This document shows positions 9,270 through 22,001 of a DNA stretch of 64,000 nt, one piece after another. Each line of letters starts with the position of its first letter. The first letter of the stretch is position 1. Origin of the DNA: Bacteroidaceae bacterium (GTDB lineage: Bacteria > Bacteroidota > Bacteroidia > Bacteroidales > Bacteroidaceae); NCBI GenBank assembly GCA_045533955.1, contig JAZSIU010000011.1, positions 20,555-84,554 on the forward strand. Reading direction: 5' to 3'. Position numbers and translations under genes: made by a program. The notes under the pieces are model-generated. The model was not told the DNA's origin. It saw only the letters and a list, made by a program, of their open reading frames with translations, and made no database searches.

Positions 9270-11240
9270 ATGAATAAATTTCTTAACCGACGAGTGAAGG
9301 CCGCAGCAAGCTCGCCAAAGAAATCCGATGAGCAAAGCTCGGGAGCTGCTCTCGATTTTCTTGACGAGTGCGCAAACTGCTGGAACTCACTCGACGAGGC
9401 CCGCCGCAAATTGCGGCGGAGCCTTATGTACAGCTACGGCGACCAATGGGGCGATTATGTGCGCGACCCCGAGTCGTCGGGCTATATTACCGAGGGCGAG
9501 CTTATAAAGAGAAACGGAAAGGTTCCGCTGAAGAATAATATGATTGCACCCATACTGAGCAATATCGACGGTCAGCTGCGACAGAATCTGATGCGGCCCG
9601 TGTGTGTGGCACGCGACAATCGCGAGAGTACGCTGGGCGAAATGATGTCCATCGCAGTGGAGTATGTTCACGATATAAATGAGATGGAGGAACTCGACTC
9701 CGACGCTATGCGTATGCTTCTCAACGGCGGGATGATTGCGCAGCGCATCGAGTATGGATTGAACGTCTCGAAGGATAAGCGCGACGTATGGGTCTATGGC
9801 GTCAATCCTTCGCGTCTCTTCTTTAACACCAATCTCGAGGATGTACGTATGTGGGATATTACCTGTGTGGGCGAACTTTTTGATATGTCGCTCGATGATG
9901 TTCTTGCGCATTTTGGGCATACGCCCGAGGCTAAGCAACGTATTCTTGAAATTTATGGCGACGTCGGACGCAGCAGCCTCGACACGCGCGCAATGCAGGG
10001 CAACGAGACGCGTGAGCTTACCTTTTACACCCCTTCGCGCAGCGACCTGTGCCGTGTGATTTTAGGTTGGAAACTCGAGTCGCGCGACGCTTATCGTTGG
10101 AACGATACTCTGCACGGAACGTGGGGCTATCTGCCTTATAACGACGATAGTCGTCTGCTGCTCGATGAGGCTAACAGCCGCCGGCGCGAACTTGCGAAAG
10201 GAAAGGGTTCGGGCGATGAGGATTTTCTTGGCATCGAGTATGAGTTTGCCATCGAGCGCTATTGGTACTATCGCTATATGTCGCCACGGGGTGATATTTT
10301 GCAAGAGGGACGCAGCCCTTATTGGCACGGCGAGCATAATTATGTGCTGCATCTTTATCCTATGATGCAGGGGCGACTGGGTAATTTTGTCGAGCAGTTT
10401 ATCGACCAGCAGAGGGCTATTAACCGCACGGCGACGCTCATCGACTTTATACGCGGAACATCGTCGAAGGGTGTGCTTGTGGTTGATGATGAGGCCTTCG
10501 AGAGTATGTCGCGCGAGGAGGTTATCGACGAATATGTGCGCTACAATGGGGTGCTCTTTGTCAAACTGAAGCCCGGGCAGAGTATCGACGGGGTGGTGCG
10601 GCAATATAACAGTGGCGCTGCCGTTGCCGGCGATTTTGAGTTGCTCAATCTGCAACTGAGGCTGATAAATGAAATTTCGGGCGTCAACTCGGCTATGCAG
10701 GGACAGGCGCCAAAGGCAGGCACTCCGGCGAGCCTCTATGCACAACAGGTGCAGAATTCGTCGCTTAACCTTAAGGGGTTGTTCGATGGCTTCCGCTCGT
10801 TCCGCCGTCGGCGCGATACAAAATTGGTGAAGATGATTCAGCAGTATTATACCGATGAACGTTATCTTGACATTGCGGGCGGCGATTATGCCGAGGAGTC
10901 GCGCTGGTACTCGCCCGAGAAGGTGCGCAACAGTGAGTTTGACCTTACGCTCACCGAGGGTTATAACACGCCGGCCTATCAGATGCTGGCCAACGATTTT
11001 CTTATGCAACTGTTTCAGGCTAATGTGCTTGACGTTAAGACGATGCTCGAGAATAGCAGCTATCCTTTTGCCAAAAAGATTCTCGAGGCTATCAAGCGCA
11101 ACGAGGAGCAGGCTGCCGCCGGTGCTGCCACCGAAGGGGTGTCGCCCGAGTTGCTTGCTATTCTTGCCAATGCCTCGCAGCAGGATGCTGTCGAGGGTGT
11201 TAAGTCCCGGGAAAAAGAAAAATTGTCTTTACAACAATAA
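9270..11240 (+). CDS. phage portal-like protein
   Basis: 656 aa. The N-terminal segment (RRSLMYSYGDQWGDYV ... GKVPLKNNMIAPILSNIDGQL) resembles the Y-x-G-x-Q-W region recurrent in podovirus/Mu-type portal families. The size is typical of portals. Confidence 0.6.
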   Translation: MNKFLNRRVKAAASSPKKSDEQSSGAALDFLDECANCWNSLDEARRKLRRSLMYSYGDQWGDYVRDPESSGYITEGELIKRNGKVPLKNNMIAPILSNIDGQLRQNLMRPVCVARDNRESTLGEMMSIAVEYVHDINEMEELDSDAMRMLLNGGMIAQRIEYGLNVSKDKRDVWVYGVNPSRLFFNTNLEDVRMWDITCVGELFDMSLDDVLAHFGHTPEAKQRILEIYGDVGRSSLDTRAMQGNETRELTFYTPSRSDLCRVILGWKLESRDAYRWNDTLHGTWGYLPYNDDSRLLLDEANSRRRELAKGKGSGDEDFLGIEYEFAIERYWYYRYMSPRGDILQEGRSPYWHGEHNYVLHLYPMMQGRLGNFVEQFIDQQRAINRTATLIDFIRGTSSKGVLVVDDEAFESMSREEVIDEYVRYNGVLFVKLKPGQSIDGVVRQYNSGAAVAGDFELLNLQLRLINEISGVNSAMQGQAPKAGTPASLYAQQVQNSSLNLKGLFDGFRSFRRRRDTKLVKMIQQYYTDERYLDIAGGDYAEESRWYSPEKVRNSEFDLTLTEGYNTPAYQMLANDFLMQLFQANVLDVKTMLENSSYPFAKKILEAIKRNEEQAAAGAATEGVSPELLAILANASQQDAVEGVKSREKEKLSLQQ

Positions 11241-11333
11241 ATGGCGCACCGATTTTCGTTGTTTGTTTAAAATTTACTATCTTCGCAGTTGAAAATGCAT
11301 AAGTATAATTTATCTATAAAATTGAATATTGTT

Positions 11334-11756
11334 ATGAAAAGACTTTTTACTTTGTCGGTAGTGGCAATTATGATGCTCTCTGCAATGGTGATAACATCGT
11401 GCAGCACTGCAAAATCAGTTAACAGCAGCTTTGTGAAAAATGGTTACACAATGGAGGCTCTGACGGTGCAGCAGCAAGAGGCAACGGCTCCTGTTATGAA
11501 GGCTTTCCCCTCGTTCAACCAGACTGCATTGGGCTTTTTACAGACAGGCAATGCTACAACCTTTGTTTATCAGGTAGATGAGAGTATCTGGAACAGTTAT
11601 TGCGCTTCGCTCGAGGCTGCCGGTTTCTCTAATCTTGGTACGGGCTACGTTAAGGCCGACAAGAGCGTTGGTGTTACCTATAATATCTCGGGAAAGTTTA
11701 CAACTATCTATAAACAGACTTTCTTGCTGGTAACATATACGTGGAGTAATTTCTGA
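11334..11756 (+). CDS. lipoprotein, unknown function
   Basis: The internal ATG at 11334 gives MKRLFTLSVVAIMMLSAMVITSC, a signal peptide with a lipobox Cys. Confidence 0.6.
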   Translation: MKRLFTLSVVAIMMLSAMVITSCSTAKSVNSSFVKNGYTMEALTVQQQEATAPVMKAFPSFNQTALGFLQTGNATTFVYQVDESIWNSYCASLEAAGFSNLGTGYVKADKSVGVTYNISGKFTTIYKQTFLLVTYTWSNF

Positions 11757-11785
11757 TATTTGAGATAATTCCCGACTATTTTAGC

Positions 11786-11828
11786 GCTCGGCATAAAATA
11801 GCTTTATTTTATGCCGAGCCTTTTTTTG
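11786..11828 (+). terminator. Rho-independent terminator
   Basis: GCTCGGCATAAAATA/TATTTTATGCCGAGC stem followed by a T-run. Confidence 0.75.
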
Positions 11829-11951
11829 CTATCTTCGAGCAATGCTCGAGGATTTTTTGCTCTGGTTACAAAACAAATGCTCGCGTGTGATTATATTTTC
11901 GCAGCATTCGTTTCAAAAAATAAAAACAAGGGATTTATAATTTTAATAATT

Positions 11952-13190
11952 ATGGACAACACAATTAAAAACTCTGAGGAGAAAAAAGGTGCAACGGCCA
12001 CTCGCAAAAGCATAACACAAAACAAAAACTTCCCGAAAAATAAGATTGCTATTTGTATTATTATACTTCTACTGTGCTCTTTACCCTTATTATGGTCGTT
12101 TATGGGTAATAGTGATTCAATTGCGACAGCGCACGCCAAGCTACCACAAAAAAAGGCAAAATATCAAGAAGTTTATAGCTACAAAGAGGGACTGGCCCGT
12201 GTAAGTTTATGGAATAAAACAGGCTTCATAGACAAGAGCGGCAATGAGGTTATTCCGCCAAAGTATGATATAGTCGGGGATTTTGCAGAAGGAATGTGTA
12301 TTGCTATATTGGGTGGCAAAAAGTTTCTTGTCGACAAGAACGGTAGCGAAATAGCCTTAGAACAGAAATACAGTATTATTTGTAATTTCTCCGAAGGCCT
12401 TGCACGTGCAATAAAAGGAGGTATAATAAATGGAAAATATCTTTTTATTGACAAGAGCGGCAATGAGGTTATTCCGCCAATATACAGTATTGCTGAAGAT
12501 TTTTCCGAGGGCCTTGTAGCCGTTGCAATAAATCGTAAAAGAGGCTTTATTGACAAGAGCGGCAATGAGGTTATTCCACTAAAATACGATTATGTAAAAT
12601 CATTTTCCGAAGGCCTTGCAGCCGTTGAGATAAATGATAAATGGGGCTTTATTGACAAGGGCGACAATGTGGTTATATCGCCGGAATACGACTATGCCCA
12701 TAGTTTTTCCGAGGGATGTGCCGCGGTCGCGATAAACGATAAAGAGGGCTTTATTGACAAAAGCGGCAAAGTGGTTGTTCCACTAAAATACGATTATGTC
12801 CACAAATTTACCGAGGGCCTTGCGGTCGTTGGGATAGACCATCAGTGGGGCTTTGCCAATAAACAAGGCAAAGAGATAACCCCATTAAAATACGATTATG
12901 CCGGCGATTTTTCCGAAGGCCTTGCAGTAGTTGAGATGAATGGTAAAAGAGGATTTATTGACAAACAAGGCAAAGAGGTTATTCCACTAAAATACGACTA
13001 TGCCAACGACTTTTCCGAGGGCCTTGCAGCCGTTGATATAAATGGTAAAACGGGTTTTATTGATAAGAGCGGCAAAGTGGTTATAGAGCTAAAATATGAT
13101 GTGGCAGATAGTTTCTCCGAGGGTGCAGCCCGTGTGAGATTGGGTAAAGAAGAATTCCACATTGATAAGAAAGGAAACAGAATATGGTAA
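11952..13190 (+). CDS. membrane-anchored WG-repeat (KWG) protein
   Basis: ATG at 11952. One TM segment (IAICIIILLLCSLPLLW), then about 11 repeats of the form GFIDKSGNEVIPxKYDxxxxFSEGLA. Confidence 0.8.
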   Translation: MDNTIKNSEEKKGATATRKSITQNKNFPKNKIAICIIILLLCSLPLLWSFMGNSDSIATAHAKLPQKKAKYQEVYSYKEGLARVSLWNKTGFIDKSGNEVIPPKYDIVGDFAEGMCIAILGGKKFLVDKNGSEIALEQKYSIICNFSEGLARAIKGGIINGKYLFIDKSGNEVIPPIYSIAEDFSEGLVAVAINRKRGFIDKSGNEVIPLKYDYVKSFSEGLAAVEINDKWGFIDKGDNVVISPEYDYAHSFSEGCAAVAINDKEGFIDKSGKVVVPLKYDYVHKFTEGLAVVGIDHQWGFANKQGKEITPLKYDYAGDFSEGLAVVEMNGKRGFIDKQGKEVIPLKYDYANDFSEGLAAVDINGKTGFIDKSGKVVIELKYDVADSFSEGAARVRLGKEEFHIDKKGNRIW

Positions 13191-13267
13191 CTCAGGCAGG
13201 CTCTTTTATTATCTTGGAATAACACTATAACCATTCAAGAAGCATAAGATATAATCCATTGAAAAAA

Positions 13268-13304
13268 GCATCCGGACGCTTGTTCTAAAAGAGCGTTCGG
13301 ATGC
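13268..13304 (+). terminator. hairpin downstream of the WG-repeat gene
   Basis: GCATCCGGACGCT/AGCGTTCGGATGC stem. The T tail is weak. Confidence 0.4.
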
Positions 13305-13536
13305 ATTACTTTTGTTGCTTACTGTAAAAAGAAAAAATACTTATGTAATTATCTTATGCGTGCGTCGCTTTTGTGTTTTTTGCATACCGGCTTGCGCCTT
13401 TTTGAAATTCCTGCGCAGATGCTTCTTATTTTCGATTGAGAATTGAAAAAAGTATGCTAATTTACCTTTTATAATTTACCTCAATACCACTTTTTTTACA
13501 CAAGTTCTTTGTATCTTAGCGCTGTTTTACAGATAA

Positions 13537-15546
<2,010 letters not shown>

Positions 15547-15651
15547 CGACACATTTGCAGCGAGTTTAGTAAATATTCGCTAATTATAGCAAATATTATA
15601 AAAAAATAAAGAAAAATAGGCGAGAATTGCTGATGTTGGCAAAAAATGATG

Positions 15652-15659
15652 TAAATTTG
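15652..15659 (+). promoter_or_regulatory. -7 promoter box TAAATTTG upstream of dapA
   Basis: TAnnTTTG match 29 nt upstream of the ATG at 15688. Confidence 0.45.
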
Positions 15660-15687
15660 TCAGCAAAATAAAAACTGAATAGAATAT

Positions 15688-16590
15688 ATGACGCGAAAAA
15701 GATTAACCGGAATGGGAGTAGCGCTTGTTACTCCCTTTACAGAAGCGGGTGAGGTAGATTATGTAGCACTCGATAGATTAGTACAATCACAATTAGACGA
15801 AGGTACCGACTTTTTATGTGTCCTCGGAACAACAGCCGAGACACCCACACTTACAACCGAGGAGAAACGCAATGTACGAAAATGCGTCATAGATAAAGTG
15901 GCAGGGCGTTTACCTATCTTGTTGGGCGTTGGAGGCAATTGCACGCAGAGCCTTATAAACGAACTCCTGAGCGAGGATTTTACCGGGGTAGATGCAATTC
16001 TCTCGGTAACCCCCTTCTACAATAAACCCAGCCAAGAGGGGCTTTATCGCCATTATAGAGCGCTTGCCGCCGCCACTCAATTGCCCATATATATGTACAA
16101 CGTACCCGGACGCACAGGCGTAAACCTGCTGCCCGATACCGTGGTGCGTCTGGCAACGGAGTGCCCCAATATTGTGGGCGTGAAAGAGGCCTCGGGTAGC
16201 TTGGCGCAGATAAAGGAGATTATCGACCGCACACCCGAGGGTTTCGACGTTCTTTCGGGCGACGACGGTCTTGTCTTTGACATTATAAAATTGGGTGGTG
16301 TAGGCGCCGTAACAGTCTTTGGAAACGCTTATCCCGGCGCATTTGCGCAGATGACGCACCTTGCAATGGAGGGTAAGCTCGACGAGGCTGCACGCCTGAA
16401 CGAGGCATTCGGCAGGGTATGCTCGCTACTCTTTGCCGACGGTAACCCCACAGGTGTAAAGGTGCTTATGTCGCATCAGGGCAAGATGGGCAACAATCTG
16501 CGTCTGCCGCTTGCACCCGCGCGCAAAGATGTTGACGAGGCAATGCTCGAGGCAATGAAAGAGCTCGACGCCTTTTTGGCTGCAAAATAA
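15688..16590 (+). CDS. dapA: 4-hydroxy-tetrahydrodipicolinate synthase
   Basis: 300 aa with GMGVALVTPF, GTTAE and YNVPGRTG motifs and a catalytic Lys context (VGVKEASG). Confidence 0.9.
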   Translation: MTRKRLTGMGVALVTPFTEAGEVDYVALDRLVQSQLDEGTDFLCVLGTTAETPTLTTEEKRNVRKCVIDKVAGRLPILLGVGGNCTQSLINELLSEDFTGVDAILSVTPFYNKPSQEGLYRHYRALAAATQLPIYMYNVPGRTGVNLLPDTVVRLATECPNIVGVKEASGSLAQIKEIIDRTPEGFDVLSGDDGLVFDIIKLGGVGAVTVFGNAYPGAFAQMTHLAMEGKLDEAARLNEAFGRVCSLLFADGNPTGVKVLMSHQGKMGNNLRLPLAPARKDVDEAMLEAMKELDAFLAAK

Positions 16591-16620
16591 TCTGCCGCGC
16601 GCTTTTTAAACGGACAAAAA

Positions 16621-17586
16621 ATGAAGCCGAGAGTACTTATAACCTATAACATCTTCGGTGAGTTGTACCGCGAGATTCTTGCGAATTTCGAGGTAACAAT
16701 GCCCGCACACGGTGTCGAGAGTTTTACCTTCGACGAGGTGTTGTCGATGATAGGCGGGTACGACGCGCTTCTGTCAATGTGGAATTTTCCGGTCGATAAG
16801 CGCTTGCTCGACGCAGCAACGAGGCTTAAAATAGTAGCCAATTTTGCCGTCGGATTCGATAATATAGACGTTGCCGAGGCAACGGCGCACGGTATAACCG
16901 TCGCAAACACCCCCGACCCCGTTACGGCCCCCACGGCCGACATTGCAATGGGACTTATGATTGACGTAATGCGCCGTATATGCTCGTTCGACAAACTGCA
17001 GCGTCGGGGCGATTATAAGAAAGGGATAATGAAGAATCTGGGTACCTCGCTCGAAGGCAAACGATTGGGTATTGTTGGAATGGGGCGCATCGGCAAGGCG
17101 GTAGCCCGCAGGGCCGCCGCCTTCGGGATGGAGATTGTCTACAACAACCGCCGCCGGCTGCCCGTGGCCGAGGAACAACCATATTGTGCGCAGTATGTCG
17201 GCCTCGACGAACTTTTCAGCACCTCGGACGTTATCTCGCTGAATGCCCCTCTGACGGCCGATACCTATCATATTGTCGATGGTGCGCGTCTTGCGCAGAT
17301 GAAGCCATCGGCTTTTCTCATAAACACGGCACGCGGAGCGCTGGTCGATGAAAGGGCGCTTGTCGAGGCGCTGCGCAGCGGCAGCATCGCAGGTGCCGGC
17401 CTCGACGTTTACGAATTTGACGACACGGTGAGCCGCGAACTACTCGAACTTGACAACACAGTGCTGACACCGCACATTGGCACGCAAACAATGGAAGGCC
17501 GACGCGAAATGGCAAAATTTGCGGCCACGAACATTGCCAATTTCTTTTGTGGAGGACGGGTGGCACGTGTAAATAAAATTGACTGA
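16621..17586 (+). CDS. D-2-hydroxyacid dehydrogenase (glyoxylate/hydroxypyruvate reductase-like)
   Basis: 321 aa with the NAD loop GIVGMGRIGKAVA and a catalytic R/E/H context (NTARG...TPHIGT). Confidence 0.85.
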   Translation: MKPRVLITYNIFGELYREILANFEVTMPAHGVESFTFDEVLSMIGGYDALLSMWNFPVDKRLLDAATRLKIVANFAVGFDNIDVAEATAHGITVANTPDPVTAPTADIAMGLMIDVMRRICSFDKLQRRGDYKKGIMKNLGTSLEGKRLGIVGMGRIGKAVARRAAAFGMEIVYNNRRRLPVAEEQPYCAQYVGLDELFSTSDVISLNAPLTADTYHIVDGARLAQMKPSAFLINTARGALVDERALVEALRSGSIAGAGLDVYEFDDTVSRELLELDNTVLTPHIGTQTMEGRREMAKFAATNIANFFCGGRVARVNKID

Positions 17587-17600
17587 CAAAAATCTCACTT

Positions 17601-18362
17601 ATGGAGAGGCTCAAAAAACTACTCGACGAAAAAGCAGCCCGTTACAACTGCAAAGAATTTATAGCAGCCGACCCTATACAATTTCCACACGCATTCAGCG
17701 AGCGTCGCGACATTGAGATTGCGGCCCTCTTGGCCTCGGTTATTGCTTGGGGTAACCGCAGGATGATAATATCCTCGGGCAACAAAATGCTCTTTGGGAT
17801 AATGGGAGGCAGGCCCTACGATTATATTATGCGAGGCGAGTGGCAGAGGCTCGCCCCCGAGGCAAATATCCACCGCACATTCTTTGTGCGCGATTTTATC
17901 TATCTGTGCCGTGGCTTGCAGGATATTTACAACCGCCACAATTCAATGGAGGAACTTTTTATCGCCGAGGAGAGTGTGTGGGACGGCATTTATCATCTGC
18001 GAGCGGCTCTTGCAGGGGCCAACGACGGTGCATCGACGCGGCACATTTCTAACCCCGTGGCTGCGGCCGGAAAGCCCGCCTCGGCCTGCAAAAGGCTCAA
18101 TATGATGCTGCGCTGGCTCTGTCGCAACGACGGAATTGTAGATATAGGACTGTGGCAGCAGATAGCCCCCTCGCAGCTTATGATACCCCTCGACGTGCAC
18201 GTCTCGCGCATCGGACGCGCCCTCTCGCTGATAGAGCGCAAGAGTAACGACCGTCGCACCGTCGAGCAGCTCACAGCCCGCCTCAGGGAATTGTGCCCCG
18301 AGGACCCCGTGAAATACGATTTTGCCCTCTTTGGCATAGGCGTCGAGGGCGATACAATATAA
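17601..18362 (+). CDS. TIGR02757 (DUF2400) family protein
   Basis: 253 aa. The N-terminal FIAADPIQFPH and ASVIAWGNR motifs are typical of this family, as I recall it. Confidence 0.65.
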   Translation: MERLKKLLDEKAARYNCKEFIAADPIQFPHAFSERRDIEIAALLASVIAWGNRRMIISSGNKMLFGIMGGRPYDYIMRGEWQRLAPEANIHRTFFVRDFIYLCRGLQDIYNRHNSMEELFIAEESVWDGIYHLRAALAGANDGASTRHISNPVAAAGKPASACKRLNMMLRWLCRNDGIVDIGLWQQIAPSQLMIPLDVHVSRIGRALSLIERKSNDRRTVEQLTARLRELCPEDPVKYDFALFGIGVEGDTI

Positions 18363-18382
18363 GAACAGATAATTATAGGAAT

Positions 18383-20662
18383 ATGGCAAAGATAACAAAA
18401 GAAGATGCGCTTCGCTACCACGAGGGTAAGCGCCCGGGAAAAATAGAGGTAGTCCCCACAAAGCCTTACTTTACGCAGACCGACCTTTCGCTCGCTTACT
18501 CGCCGGGAGTAGCCGAGCCCTGTCTCGAGATTCAAAAGAACCCGCAAGATGCCTATCGTTACACCGACAAAGGCAATCTTGTGGCGGTAATATCGAACGG
18601 AACGGCAGTGCTTGGTCTGGGTAATATTGGCGCACTCAGCGGAAAGCCTGTGATGGAAGGTAAAGGCCTGCTCTTTAAAATATATGCAGGAATAGACGTT
18701 TTTGACATTGAGGTAGATGAGAGCGACACAGATAAATTCGTCGAGGCTGTAAAGGCCATCGCACCAACATTCGGAGGAATAAACCTCGAGGACATTAAGG
18801 CTCCCGAGTGCTTCGAGATTGAGCGCCGTCTGAAAGAGGAACTCGACATTCCCGTGATGCACGACGACCAACACGGTACTGCCATTATCTCGGCCGCAGG
18901 AATGCTGAACGCACTCGAGGTGAACGGAAAAGATATTTCCACCATAAAAGTAGTGGTTAACGGTGCAGGCGCAGCAGCAATCTCCTGCGCAAGGCTTTAT
19001 GTGGCATTGGGAGTAAAGAAAGAGAACATTGTGATGCTCGACAGTAAAGGCGTCATAAACACCAAGCGCGAGCGTCTGACACCCGAGAAGATAGAGTTTG
19101 CAACCACACGCGACGACGTTTACACACTTCAGGAGGCAATCGTCGGTGCCGACCTCTTCCTCGGGCTCTCCAAAGGAAACATTCTCACAAAAGAGATGGT
19201 GCGCTCAATGGCCGCCGACCCCATAGTATTTGCCCTTGCCAATCCGGTCCCCGAAATATCCTATGAGGATGCAATGGAGAGCCGCCCCGACGTGCTTATG
19301 AGCACCGGTCGCAGCGACTATCCCAATCAGATAAACAATGTAATAGGCTTCCCATATATATTTCGCGGAGCGCTCGACACAGCCGCAACAGCCATCAACG
19401 AAGAGATGAAATTAGCCGCCGTGCGCGCCATTGCCGACCTTGCCAAACAACCCGTCCCCGAGATTGTCAACGAGGTCTATCACGTGAGCAATCTTACATT
19501 CGGCCGTGAATATTTCATTCCAAAGCCCGTTGACCCCCGCCTGCTCACGGAGGTATCGGCAGCCGTGGCACGAGCAGCCATCGAGAGTGGGGTGGCGCGC
19601 AAGACCATCGACGATTGGGACAGATACAAAGAGCATCTGCGCGAGTTTATGGGACGCGAGTCGAAACTCACACAGCAGATACACGACACGGCACGCTCGC
19701 ACCCCAAACGCGTGGTATTTGCCGAGGGAGCGCACCCCTCAATGATGAAGGCCGCCGTACAGGCCAAGGAAGAGGGCATCTGCCACCCCATCCTTTTGGG
19801 CAACGACGAGCGTATCGTTAAGCTGGCCAAAGAACTCGACCTCAGCCTCGAGGGCATCGAGGTAGTCAACCTGCGCCACGACCGCGAGGCTTCGCGCCGC
19901 GAGCGTTACGCGCGCATCCTCAACGACAAGCGTCAGCGCGAGGGATATACTTTCGAAGAGGCCAATGACAAAATGTTCGAGCGCAACTACTTTGGAATGA
20001 TGATGGTCGAGACGGGCGACGCCGATGCTTTCATAACCGGCCTATATACAAAATACTCGAACACCATAAAAGTGGCCCGCGAGGTAATCGGCCTGCAAGA
20101 GGGATTCGACCATTTTGCCACGATGCACATTCTCAACTCAAAAAAAGGAACATATTTTGTGGCCGATACACTCATCAACCGCAGCCCCGACACAAAGACG
20201 CTTGTCGATATTGCACGATTGAGCGAAAAGGCACTCCACTTTTTCAATCACGAGCCTGTAATGGCAATGGTCTCTTACAGTAATTTTGGAAGCGACAAGG
20301 GCGGCAGCGCGGGCGACGTTCACGAGGCAATAGAGATTCTGCACCGCGAACATCCCAATTGGCTCATCGACGGCGAGATGCAGGTGAACGTGGCACTGAA
20401 CCGCGAACTTCGCGACAGCAAATATCCCTTCTCGCGTCTCTACGGCAAGGATGTAAACACGCTCATTTTCCCCTGTCTGAGTGCTGCCAACAGCTCGTAC
20501 AAGATGCTTCAGGCACTAAGCTCCGACACCGAGATTATCGGCCCCATTCAGATGGGACTGAACAAGCCCATTCACTTTATCGACTTTGAAAGTTCGGTGC
20601 AGGATATTCTGAACGTAACGGCAATTGCGGTTATTGATGCAATTACTAACGAGAAGAAATAA
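18383..20662 (+). CDS. maeB: NADP-dependent malic enzyme with a C-terminal phosphotransacetylase-like domain
   Basis: The internal ATG at 18383 gives [14 protein letters not shown]. It has a malic-enzyme NAD(P) domain ([12 protein letters not shown]) and a long PTA-like C-terminus. Confidence 0.9.
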   Translation: MAKITKEDALRYHEGKRPGKIEVVPTKPYFTQTDLSLAYSPGVAEPCLEIQKNPQDAYRYTDKGNLVAVISNGTAVLGLGNIGALSGKPVMEGKGLLFKIYAGIDVFDIEVDESDTDKFVEAVKAIAPTFGGINLEDIKAPECFEIERRLKEELDIPVMHDDQHGTAIISAAGMLNALEVNGKDISTIKVVVNGAGAAAISCARLYVALGVKKENIVMLDSKGVINTKRERLTPEKIEFATTRDDVYTLQEAIVGADLFLGLSKGNILTKEMVRSMAADPIVFALANPVPEISYEDAMESRPDVLMSTGRSDYPNQINNVIGFPYIFRGALDTAATAINEEMKLAAVRAIADLAKQPVPEIVNEVYHVSNLTFGREYFIPKPVDPRLLTEVSAAVARAAIESGVARKTIDDWDRYKEHLREFMGRESKLTQQIHDTARSHPKRVVFAEGAHPSMMKAAVQAKEEGICHPILLGNDERIVKLAKELDLSLEGIEVVNLRHDREASRRERYARILNDKRQREGYTFEEANDKMFERNYFGMMMVETGDADAFITGLYTKYSNTIKVAREVIGLQEGFDHFATMHILNSKKGTYFVADTLINRSPDTKTLVDIARLSEKALHFFNHEPVMAMVSYSNFGSDKGGSAGDVHEAIEILHREHPNWLIDGEMQVNVALNRELRDSKYPFSRLYGKDVNTLIFPCLSAANSSYKMLQALSSDTEIIGPIQMGLNKPIHFIDFESSVQDILNVTAIAVIDAITNEKK

Positions 20663-20694
20663 ATAACGCTCGGCAACCTTTTAGCAGGCTCGCA

Positions 20695-20748
20695 AAAACA
20701 CTCCTCCCACCCGATTATTTTCACAATCGGGTGGGAGGAGTGTTTTCT
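20695..20748. terminator. bidirectional hairpin terminator between maeB and the convergent lipoprotein gene
   Basis: ACACTCCTCCCACCCGATT/AATCGGGTGGGAGGAGTGT stem. Confidence 0.75.
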
Positions 20749-20766
20749 CGTTATAAACTTTTTTAG

Positions 20767-21480
20767 TTACATTTTAGACAACTTCTGCATCATTCGAGCC
20801 TTCATTTTATTCATATACTCAATGTTGAATACGTCGCTTCTCGAGAATTGACTCTCAAGATAAAGCAACATTGCAATGCCGTTATCACAAGCTAATCCTA
20901 TCAAAGTTTTTGCATTATCGGCTCTTTCGGAATCAATATAAATCAAAATTCCTTCACTTTGAGTCATATATTTGTAGCGCTGATTAAGGTGCTTGGTAAT
21001 TTGGCTTTTATAGTTTGCATCACCCATCATCATACACTCGGTTAATCTATACTCCTCGAAAGTGTACATTTCCAATGGCAAAGCCTCGTTGTTAGTTACG
21101 TATCCAACCATTTCACCATCGGCTGCATCGGGCATTCCGCGTTTCTCTATCAAAGCATTTTTGCTTATTCCCCATTCAGTAACAGGCTCGTTATAGAGAG
21201 TGTAGTTGGGCTTTACTGTTACATCGCAGTGTAAATTGTGTTTGTTTAATAAAACTCTTGCTGTGCCCATACGTTGTGCTGTTATAATTCCCTCTTGGTC
21301 GATGGTGGCAACATAAGGGTTAGATGTCAACCACTCGCCTTTAAAACCAAGGTCGAATGTCTCGCCAACCTCAAGCTCACAGCTTGTTTGAACAGAAGGT
21401 ACCTCATCGTCATCCTTTGAGCAAGATGCGATACAAAAACTTAATGCGGTTAAAAGCATCAAGGAATAGAAATTTTTCAT
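20767..21480 (-). CDS. lipoprotein with a bacterial Ig-like (Big_2-type) domain
   Basis: The ATG at 21480 gives MKNFYSLMLLTALSFCIASC (lipobox). An Ig-like segment follows (VGETFDL...YVATIDQEGIITAQRMGTARV). It is more AT-rich than its neighbours. Confidence 0.65.
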   Translation of the reverse strand: MKNFYSLMLLTALSFCIASCSKDDDEVPSVQTSCELEVGETFDLGFKGEWLTSNPYVATIDQEGIITAQRMGTARVLLNKHNLHCDVTVKPNYTLYNEPVTEWGISKNALIEKRGMPDAADGEMVGYVTNNEALPLEMYTFEEYRLTECMMMGDANYKSQITKHLNQRYKYMTQSEGILIYIDSERADNAKTLIGLACDNGIAMLLYLESQFSRSDVFNIEYMNKMKARMMQKLSKM

Positions 21481-21740
21481 AATTTTAGATTTTATGTTTA
21501 TTGCAATATTGCAGTTTCTTATAGTCTGCATTAACTAAAATAAATAAAGCGCAGACTTTTGCCAACGCTCTCAGGCTCATCACAAGCCGAATATACAGTG
21601 GTTCAGTCTGCACCTATTATAATCCAATTGTATATTCTTTTGCTTTTTTTGTTTCGAGGAGGTTATTCAATAGCGATTGAGCAATTTTTTTTTTGGAAAA
21701 GTCTTACATTCGCTTCTCTCCCGACTGCCTTGCAAATATA

Positions 21741-21934
21741 GTGCAAGCGAATGAAATAATGCAAATTTATTTGCAATTATTTCGCAATGAGCGCCGCCTA
21801 TATTCAGCTTTTGCTAAATAAGTGCAAGCGAATGAAATAATGCAAATTTATTTGCAATTATTTCGCAATGAGCGCCGCCTATATTCAGCCTTTGCTAAAT
21901 AAGTGCAAACGAATGAAATAATGCAAATTTATTT
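21741..21934. repeat. 81-bp tandem repeat, about 2.4 copies, each with an internal imperfect palindrome
   Basis: Copies start at 21741, 21822 and 21903 and are near identical. Each carries GAAATAATGCAAATTTATTTGCAATTATTTC. Confidence 0.9.
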
Positions 21935-21993
21935 CTTAGAGATTATTTGCGTAGAAATAACACATAATATTTTGAGCTTCCAAAAAATACAAC

Positions 21994-22001
21994 TAAATTT
22001 G
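21994..22001 (+). promoter_or_regulatory. -7 promoter box TAAATTTG upstream of the NrtR-like gene
   Basis: TAnnTTTG match 23 nt upstream of the ATG at 22024. Confidence 0.45.

Noticed and set aside
10062-11009. 315-aa minus-strand ORF, together with similar long antisense ORFs at 524-1150, 904-1518, 4885-5481, 9387-9938, 15910-16359, 16774-17271 and 17993-18874.
   Set aside because: All lie entirely inside well-supported genes on the opposite strand in GC-rich DNA. Their translations are low-complexity (Arg/Ala/His-rich) with no motifs, which marks them as typical shadow ORFs.
3760-13190. A complete prophage spanning the phage-like operon and the downstream lipoprotein and WG-repeat genes.
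   Set aside because: There are no capsid, terminase, tail, lysis or integrase genes and no flanking repeats. The downstream lipoprotein and WG-repeat genes have their own terminator-separated units and look like ordinary Bacteroidales surface proteins.
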